64,000 nt of DNA from a virus: IMG/VR virus record IMGVR_UViG_3300010970_000150, positions 24,288 to 88,287 of that record, one strand, 5' to 3'. The first letter of the stretch is position 1. Every line of letters begins with the position of its first letter. The notes beneath the pieces are model-generated. The model ran no database searches and was not told where the DNA came from. It was given only the letters and a program-made list of their open reading frames with translations. Below, piece after piece: positions 57,508-64,000 of the stretch. The translations under genes and the position numbers were made by a program.

Positions 57508-57562
57508 CTTTTATAACGGCTTCCTCCTCTGCGTGACAGGTAACAAGAGGGAGTCATCCTTT

Positions 57563-57676
57563 GGGTGCTGTAGATAACTACAGGATGTGAGTAAATGTTA
57601 ATACAGGTCATAATGGCATAATAGCGTAAACTGATTAACCAATATCCATCGGTGGGGCTAGAATCCCACCCACCCT
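57563..57676 (+). ncRNA. tRNA-like RNA with extended anticodon-position helix
   Basis: GGGTG/CACCC, CTGTAG/CTACAG, long GATGT/ATATC and GTTAAT/ATTAAC arm, GGTGGG-GCTAGAAT-CCCACC. Confidence 0.45.
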
Positions 57677-57684
57677 CTACTTTA

Positions 57685-57756
57685 CGACCCTTAGTTCAAC
57701 GGATAGAACACCCGCCTTCTAAGCGGGTCATCCAAGTTCGATTCTTGGAGGGTCGA
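57685..57756 (+). tRNA. tRNA-Arg(UCU)
   Basis: CGACCCT/AGGGTCG, loop CTTCTAA. Confidence 0.93.
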
Positions 57757-57810
57757 GTTTCAGTACTGTCCTGCCCTCTTGACAATGGTTTCTCTAGGAC
57801 AGTCGTTTTC

Positions 57811-57881
57811 AGACTCGTGGTGTAATGGTAGCACAGGAGTTTTTGGTACTCCTTGTCGGGGTTCAAGTCCCTGCGGGTCTT
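57811..57881 (+). tRNA. tRNA-Gln(UUG)
   Basis: AGACTCG/CGGGTCT, loop TTTTGGT. Confidence 0.9.
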
Positions 57882-57888
57882 CTTTGAT

Positions 57889-57962
57889 GGGGGCGTAACT
57901 TAGCGGTTAAAGTGAAGTCTTTATAAGGCTTATATCGGTGGGTTCGACTCCCCCCGCCCCTA
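57889..57962 (+). tRNA. tRNA-Ile(UAU)
   Basis: GGGGGCG/CGCCCCT, loop TTTATAA, T loop TTCGACT. Confidence 0.8.
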
Positions 57963-58022
57963 TATTACGATTTGTAGAGAAACGGCTTGACAGTCCAGAG
58001 CATAAGCATTCCTAATGACCCT

Positions 58023-58421
58023 ATGAAGGAAAAGGAACTCTCTGTCGCTGTCGGTCTCTCTCGTGATATCCTCAAGGGTGTCCGCACCCTCTTTGAGGAA
58101 GGTAAGTGCTGGAAGAAGATTCCCTCGCTCAAGCCTGAGAACCTCTGGCAGATTGAATGGACTCCTGAAGGTATCCTGCTACTGCGAGAACATCTAGGTC
58201 TCAAGCCCACGGAGGCAGTCGAGCCGCCCAAGCAGGTCTCTGGTACAGTATCCGCTAAGCACCGCAACCCTCGTGTCATCAGCGTCCTCATCGAGGGCAA
58301 GGAACACAGCGTACTCTGCCGTGACTCCTCTAAGTTCGGTCTTGGTATGCCTGTCGATGTACGATGGGATGGAGCACGATGGGTGGTCGTGCGACACCCT
58401 CGGTTCAACGGAAAGTACTAA
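58023..58421 (+). CDS. Hypothetical protein, homolog of 11997..12482
   Basis: MKEKEL...LKGVR...EG...KPENLWQIEWT. Confidence 0.7.
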   Translation: MKEKELSVAVGLSRDILKGVRTLFEEGKCWKKIPSLKPENLWQIEWTPEGILLLREHLGLKPTEAVEPPKQVSGTVSAKHRNPRVISVLIEGKEHSVLCRDSSKFGLGMPVDVRWDGARWVVVRHPRFNGKY

Positions 58422-58646
58422 ACTAAAAATTTTTTAAACCAGACTATGAAAAACGAATCCAGACACGAAAAGGGCGAAGGCAAGCAGATGCGTAAGATGG
58501 AGCGAGAGAGAGTCTCCTACAAGGCTGGCTCTAAACCGATGAAGCCTTGCAAGTACAAAACCAAGGGCAAGAAGTGACAATACTATGGGAGACCCAAACG
58601 ACATCGAAGAAGATGATGACGATGATATCCCATTCCAAGAACTGAT

Positions 58647-60254
58647 ATGGCTTTCACTCCTACCCCTCACCCTATTCTTGTCACTCCGACTCAGGAGGAG
58701 ATTAGGAGTTTGGCTGAAAAGGTAGGGGCTGAAAGGACTGCTGAAATCCTGACCCTGCGAGAGGATAAGATACTTGCAGAGAAGTTAGACCCTTACCGCC
58801 ACGGCTTTGACCTCCCGCATTGGAAGGAAGCCGACCAGTTGCTCAAGGAGAACAACGAGGTGCTTATCCTAGGCGGCAACAGAGCGTCCAAAACTGAGTG
58901 GGCGGCTAAGCGGGTTGTCCAAACGCTTATCAATATCAAGGATGCCAGAGTATGGTGTTTGCATACTACGAATCAGTCGAGTATCCAGATGCAACAGAAT
59001 GTCATCTATAAGTACCTGCCGTCTGAGTTCAAGGAACTCCGAAAGAACAAGGTGCAGAATGTTCAGTACACTCAGAAGAACGGCTTCTCCGATAACACCT
59101 TCATTCTGCCTAACAAGAGCCAATGCTTCTTTATGAACTACGCCCAGAAGCGAGATGTCATTGAAGGTGGCGAGGTTGATTTTATCTGGTGCGATGAACT
59201 TGTGCCGCTGGACTGGGTTGAGACGCTACGCTATCGTGCAGTCACTCGTATGGGTAAGATGGTTGTCACATTCACACCTATCTCTGGCTACAGTTCTGTG
59301 GTTAAGGAGTATGTAAGCGGTGCGAAGATTACGGAGACACTTGCCTCCCCCTTGCTACCAGACTCCCAGAATGTGATGGGATGCCCTAGGGGTCATATGC
59401 CGTACAAGGCTAAATCTTTTAATCGCTCTTCAGCGGTGATGTGGTTTCATAGCCAACTCAATCCGTACAATCCTTTTGAGAACCTCAAGAAGACCCTTGC
59501 TGGCAAGAAGTCCTACGAGATTAAGATTCGTGCGTATGGCTGGGCTGACAATATCAGCGGTAGTCAGTTCCCACGATTCAACCCAGAGGTAAATGTCGTT
59601 AAGGCTGAAAACATCCCCAAGGAAGGCACGAACTATTTTATCACCGACCCTGCTGGAGCAAGAAACTGGTTTATGCTCTGGGCTAGGGTTGACAAGGAAG
59701 GGAATATATATGTCTATAGAGAGTTCCCAGACACTTCAGACGGAGAGTGGGCGTTACCCTCTGGAGACCCTGACGGAAAGGCAGGGACAGCCCAAAGAAA
59801 CGGAGCAGGGAGGTCTCTGGCTGACTACAAGCAGATGATTCTTGACCTAGAGCAGGGCGAGTCCATCTGGGAGCGATATATCGACCCTCGTGCTGGCGGC
59901 TCTAAGGCTGTGACTGACGAAGGCGGCACAACGCTCATCGAGATGCTTGATGGTGGCGAGAACCCTATGAACTTCCAGCCAGCCGCTGGTATCCGTATCG
60001 AACAGGGCGTAGCAATGATTAATGATGGATTTGCTTACGACTACAACCAAGAGATAAGCCCCTTGAACAAACCAAAACTTTATATCAGCGATGCCTGTGA
60101 AAACCTAATCTATTGCCTAAAGGAATGGACAGGACAGGACGGAGACAAGGGTGCAACCAAAGACCCTATCGACTGCTTACGATACCTTATGACAATGAAT
60201 CCACAATTTCAGGGAAATGACTCTATGAAGGGTTACGGAGGCGGTGGATACTAA
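58647..60254 (+). CDS. terL: Terminase large subunit (unit B)
   Basis: GGNRASKT, WCDE, TFTP, KDPIDCLRY; same length (535 aa) as unit A copy. Confidence 0.92.
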   Translation: MAFTPTPHPILVTPTQEEIRSLAEKVGAERTAEILTLREDKILAEKLDPYRHGFDLPHWKEADQLLKENNEVLILGGNRASKTEWAAKRVVQTLINIKDARVWCLHTTNQSSIQMQQNVIYKYLPSEFKELRKNKVQNVQYTQKNGFSDNTFILPNKSQCFFMNYAQKRDVIEGGEVDFIWCDELVPLDWVETLRYRAVTRMGKMVVTFTPISGYSSVVKEYVSGAKITETLASPLLPDSQNVMGCPRGHMPYKAKSFNRSSAVMWFHSQLNPYNPFENLKKTLAGKKSYEIKIRAYGWADNISGSQFPRFNPEVNVVKAENIPKEGTNYFITDPAGARNWFMLWARVDKEGNIYVYREFPDTSDGEWALPSGDPDGKAGTAQRNGAGRSLADYKQMILDLEQGESIWERYIDPRAGGSKAVTDEGGTTLIEMLDGGENPMNFQPAAGIRIEQGVAMINDGFAYDYNQEISPLNKPKLYISDACENLIYCLKEWTGQDGDKGATKDPIDCLRYLMTMNPQFQGNDSMKGYGGGGY

Positions 60255-60439
60255 TGGAAATCTACTACCCGACACTCTTGTCTCGTCAGAAAGCGATGCT
60301 ATTCGCTAATATTGGACGGATAAGGCTTGAATCGCTTGCCAGAAATGGTCAAGTGAGGACTTTCACCACCAAAGGTGGTCACAAGAGGTACTTCCGTGAT
60401 GACCTCACAAAATATTTAAATGAAATCTTACAAAAATAA
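60254..60439 (+). CDS. Excisionase/MerR-like small HTH protein
   Basis: LLSRQKA...G.VRTFTTKGGHKRYFRDDL. Confidence 0.7.
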   Translation: MEIYYPTLLSRQKAMLFANIGRIRLESLARNGQVRTFTTKGGHKRYFRDDLTKYLNEILQK

Positions 60440-62600
60440 CCAAGACGAACTGGTTTTTGCCAGCGAAACGCCTAATATCCCTTATCTTTACAAGGAATAC
60501 CAGCGTTCTACCCAAAATGGCGGCAACACCGCTAACATCAATGAAAATGATGACATTCGTCTGGCTCGATGGGAAGGTCAAACCCACGATGGCAAAAAGC
60601 ACAGCGAAAATCTCCCCGATGGTCAGCCTGCATTCCCTTTTGAGGGTGCTTCTGATGTCCGTGCTCGTCTAGTTGACCGCACAATTAACGACCTAGTCGC
60701 TATGTGCGTCACGACCTTTGACCGCTGTCAGGTTAAGGTCAAGGGTACTGAGTTCAGCGATTCTGAATCCGCTTCCGTTGCTAATGTGCTGATGTCGTGG
60801 CTTCTTGAGTCTCGTCTGCGTTCTGAACTCCGCAAGGAAGCGGAACTCCTGTGCCAGTACACCCAGCAATACGGCTGGTCTGCCCTTAATGTTATCTGGG
60901 AGCAGGAAATGGGTACACGCTTCCAGAAGATTCGTATGGATGAACTGATGCAGATTGTGCAAGAGGCTGTTCAGCAAAATCCTCAAACAACGCTTAAAGA
61001 CCTCCCTGCCGCTATCCAGAACCCAGAACAAGAGGACTACGCTGTAGACCTTATCTGTATGTATCTCCAGTCGGTTGACCCTAAGGATGTTAAGAAGGCT
61101 ATTAAGGAACTGCGTGAAAAGGGTGTCTGCGAAATCCCTGAACAGTTCGTCTGCAAAAACCAGCCGCTTGTGGTTGCCCTTAAGCCGTATGATGAAATCT
61201 CATTTCCTCCTGAGACTATTGAAATTCAGAAGGCTCGTGTTATCTTCCGCAGAACCTACATCACAGAAGTTGAACTGCGTTCTATGGCGGCTCAAGAAGG
61301 CTGGTCTGAATCTTTTGTCGAACAGGCTGTTAATGTGATGGGAATGCAATCACAGTTTAACGACCCGAATCTCCTGCCTGCCGCCGCCCTGATTAACTAT
61401 CAGGTTGCTCGCAATGACAACCTCATTGAACTCGTGTACGCCTACAGCCGTAACATCAACGAAAATGGCGTTCAGGGCATCTATCAAACTATCTTTTGTC
61501 CTCAGGCTGGTAGCGAAGATTACGCCTCGCACGGACTGCTTGGCTACGCTCACAATAAGTATCCCTTTGTCATTTACCGCAGAGAACGCACCCGCAGAGC
61601 CATTATGGAATCTCGTGGCGTTCCTGAGATTGCGATGACTGACCAAGAAGAAATCAAGGCTCAGCACGATGCTATCCGTGACCGCACAGCGTTCACAACG
61701 ATGCCTCCTATCCTTGTTAAGAAGCGTCTTGGTGGTATCAATAAGATTGCCCCCGGAATTCACCTGCCTGTCACATCAATGGATGACTACAAGTTTATGC
61801 CTGCTCCTACTGACCAGAATCAGCAGGTGGCATTTATGCTCATCGACAGAGTTGAACTGAATCACGCTTCCTACTTTGGTCTGCCTCACCCGCAGATTAT
61901 GCCGCAGAAGACTCAGACCACTCAGCAGTTCGTCATCAACAACTGGCTTGATGTGTGGAGCGAAGCGTTCTCTATGACATTCTCCCTGATGCTCCAGTAT
62001 ATGGAGTCCTCTGAGATTGAGCAGATTACTGGCAACGCCCTCCCGCAAAATATGTCAAGCGTGAGCAATATGTACGACTTCCAAGTTAAGTACGATGTGC
62101 GAGAACTCGACACGAACTTTGTCATTGAGAAACTCAAGGCTATCACGCAGTTCGTCCTTCCTTTGGATGGCGGTGGCGTTATCGACAAGAACAAATTGGT
62201 CAAGGCGGCTATTGAGGCTATTGACCCTGACAAGGCTAAGGAACTTATCATTAACCAGACCTCCGCTTCTCAGCAGATGTATAAGGACATCCAGTCCGAC
62301 ATCGGACTGATGATGCTTGGTAACGAGGCGAACTATGTCGAGAACGACCCTGCCGCCCCCACCAAGTTGCAGTATATGCAAGACATTATGAGCAAGAATC
62401 CTAAGGCTCAAGGTATGATGCAACAAGACCCGCACTTCCGTGCTCTTGTGGAGAATATGATGAAGAACCTTCAGATGTCCGCTATGCAACAGCAGAACAA
62501 GCAAATTGGTCGTACTGGGGTCACCCCTGTCGGTCAGCAAGCCGCTGATGGTATGAAGCAACAGATTGACCAAGCCAACCAACAACAACCTCAGGAATAA
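60420..62600 (+). CDS. Portal protein (unit B)
   Basis: Homolog of 16640..18859. Confidence 0.85.
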   Translation: MKSYKNNQDELVFASETPNIPYLYKEYQRSTQNGGNTANINENDDIRLARWEGQTHDGKKHSENLPDGQPAFPFEGASDVRARLVDRTINDLVAMCVTTFDRCQVKVKGTEFSDSESASVANVLMSWLLESRLRSELRKEAELLCQYTQQYGWSALNVIWEQEMGTRFQKIRMDELMQIVQEAVQQNPQTTLKDLPAAIQNPEQEDYAVDLICMYLQSVDPKDVKKAIKELREKGVCEIPEQFVCKNQPLVVALKPYDEISFPPETIEIQKARVIFRRTYITEVELRSMAAQEGWSESFVEQAVNVMGMQSQFNDPNLLPAAALINYQVARNDNLIELVYAYSRNINENGVQGIYQTIFCPQAGSEDYASHGLLGYAHNKYPFVIYRRERTRRAIMESRGVPEIAMTDQEEIKAQHDAIRDRTAFTTMPPILVKKRLGGINKIAPGIHLPVTSMDDYKFMPAPTDQNQQVAFMLIDRVELNHASYFGLPHPQIMPQKTQTTQQFVINNWLDVWSEAFSMTFSLMLQYMESSEIEQITGNALPQNMSSVSNMYDFQVKYDVRELDTNFVIEKLKAITQFVLPLDGGGVIDKNKLVKAAIEAIDPDKAKELIINQTSASQQMYKDIQSDIGLMMLGNEANYVENDPAAPTKLQYMQDIMSKNPKAQGMMQQDPHFRALVENMMKNLQMSAMQQQNKQIGRTGVTPVGQQAADGMKQQIDQANQQQPQE

Positions 62601-62872
62601 TGCGTTACCCTAACCAAATCATTACAGGTCTGTCGTTTGAAAAGAACAATGACCTCTGGAAGGCTGTTCATATGCTCATAGACGCTTCTATTGAATCTGA
62701 GGTGGCTACAGCCATCTCCAGAGAGGTTAAGGGCGAGGATAGGGCTTGGTTTGCTGGTAGGGCTGAGGCTCTGACGGCTTTTAAGTCTATCCTCATCCAG
62801 ACACGAGAAGAAGTGCTGGCTGACCAAGGAAGACCCTCTGAGGCACATAGTTCGTCAGAAAGCGGTATGTAA
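62600..62872 (+). CDS. Small conserved post-portal protein (unit B)
   Basis: Homolog of 18859..19104. Confidence 0.7.
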   Translation: MRYPNQIITGLSFEKNNDLWKAVHMLIDASIESEVATAISREVKGEDRAWFAGRAEALTAFKSILIQTREEVLADQGRPSEAHSSSESGM

Positions 62873-62975
62873 TGGTTATAGTACTTGCTTAGTATAATTT
62901 TAAGCCGTAACTGGCTACTAGTTCTGGAACTATTACAACATCCTGCATATAAAAACGGACTTTAGACCTTATCTA

Positions 62976-63986
62976 ATGAATACAGAAAATCAAGCCGACC
63001 TTAGCACGGCTCAAAACAACGCTACGAAAAACGAAAGCACCCCGCAGGCTTTTGATATCAGTAAACTCGCTGACATAGTTAGCGAATCCTTCCTAGGCGG
63101 TAAGGAAAATAGTGAGTCTTCAGTCTCGCAGGAGCAAACTGAAGCGGAAGTTCAAGCGACTTCCGAGAATAGTGAGGTTCTTTCTCAAGATAACGATACA
63201 GCCACCGAACAGGACGAGTCTACAGATTCCGAGGAAACCGAAGAAACCAAATCTGAAGATAACGAACTTGATAGGGGCTTGCCCAAAGGTGTTAAGAAAC
63301 GCATCGACAAACTCTCTGCCAAACGCAGGGAGGCTGAAGCAGAAGTGGAACGACTCCGTTCTGAGGTGGATAGACTGTCGCAAGAGGCTAACAAGCCAGC
63401 ACAGATTCCGACTCAGGACAATCCTTACGCTCACCTGTCTACGCTAGAAGAGGTTAATCGAGAGATTGACCAAGCCAAGCAAATCAGACGCTGGTGCGAA
63501 ATGAACCCCGATGGTGCAGTAGTAACAGGTAAGGATGGAAACGAAGTGGAATACTCCGCTGAAGAAGTGCGAAACATCAAAATCAAGTCTCTTGATGCGA
63601 TGGAAGACCACCTCCCCAAGCGTATGCAGTACCTCCAGAACTTCAATCAGATGGAAACCATTGCCGCTAAGGAATACCCTTGGTGGAAGGATAAGGCATC
63701 ACGAGACAGACAAATCGCTGAGACTTTCCTGAAGGCTTTCCCTGAAATCCAGAAATTCCCTGACTACAAGATGGTGATTGGTGATTACATCTCTGGCGTA
63801 AAAGCGAGAGAATCCAAAGGCAAGTCCTCTGGAGTTATCAACAAAGCACCCAACCAGCCTAGACCTTCCTCAGCCCCGAACTCCATTCCTTCCAAGGATA
63901 TGAAGTCTCAGCAAGCCCAGAAGCGTTTTTCTGCATCGAACTCTAGAGATGACCTTCAAACTATAATCGCTAACCGATTCCTGTAA
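62976..63986 (+). CDS. Capsid scaffolding protein (unit B)
   Basis: GVKKRIDKL, KEYPWWKDK, FPDYKMVIGDYI shared with unit A. Confidence 0.82.
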   Translation: MNTENQADLSTAQNNATKNESTPQAFDISKLADIVSESFLGGKENSESSVSQEQTEAEVQATSENSEVLSQDNDTATEQDESTDSEETEETKSEDNELDRGLPKGVKKRIDKLSAKRREAEAEVERLRSEVDRLSQEANKPAQIPTQDNPYAHLSTLEEVNREIDQAKQIRRWCEMNPDGAVVTGKDGNEVEYSAEEVRNIKIKSLDAMEDHLPKRMQYLQNFNQMETIAAKEYPWWKDKASRDRQIAETFLKAFPEIQKFPDYKMVIGDYISGVKARESKGKSSGVINKAPNQPRPSSAPNSIPSKDMKSQQAQKRFSASNSRDDLQTIIANRFL

Positions 63987-64000
63987 TCATTCAAAACCCC

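Larger units (their letters stand above)
40214..64000. mobile_element. Phage genome unit B, diverged homolog of unit A (partial); left boundary uncertain
   Basis: Second copies of phosphoesterase, ERF, lysozyme, DnaC-like, initiator, exonuclease, terL, portal and scaffold. Confidence 0.8.

Noticed and set aside
40900-64000. Terminal redundancy or circular wrap-around of a single genome
   Set aside because: The second copies are substantially diverged and have different accessory genes
1-64000. Integrated prophage(s) with att sites
   Set aside because: No integrase, host genes or att repeats found; the two Thr and two Arg tRNAs differ in sequence and are not att duplications
1-64000. Stop-codon reassignment
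   Set aside because: Core genes are full length under the standard code and no suppressor tRNA was found
1-64000. Specific host assignment
   Set aside because: Only indirect hints (lipoprotein spanin-like gene, Shine-Dalgarno-less leaders, site avoidance); not decidable without searches

Overview
The whole window is tailed-phage DNA with podovirus-like morphogenesis genes, lambda-like replication (HTH initiator + DnaC-like loader) and no DNA polymerase, integrase or host genes. It holds two diverged, largely syntenic copies of one genome type in the same orientation. Unit A (1 to at most ~40.9 kb) runs: replication/recombination genes on the minus strand, early genes, terminase, portal, scaffold, then capsid, tail, internal virion and lysis genes. 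Unit B (at least 40.9 kb to 64 kb) repeats the replication module, an early region, a tRNA cluster, terminase, portal and scaffold, offset by about 42-46 kb. The junction could not be placed by eye. Main signals: (1) a 2586-aa virion polyprotein with an HEXXH zincin motif, whose C-terminal effector modules (ADP-ribosyltransferase-like, GNAT and others) are each separated by the same [NHS]-[FYW]-K-V-x-D hexapeptide; (2) a small histone-fold-like early gene in unit B beside a family of fixed-geometry dispersed DNA repeats; (3) apparent purging of several restriction sites; (4) early genes lacking a Shine-Dalgarno and sharing a CACGCATATG leader; (5) tRNA-like non-coding elements; (6) non-coding motifs conserved between the two units. 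All family calls come from motif recognition by eye and were not database-verified.
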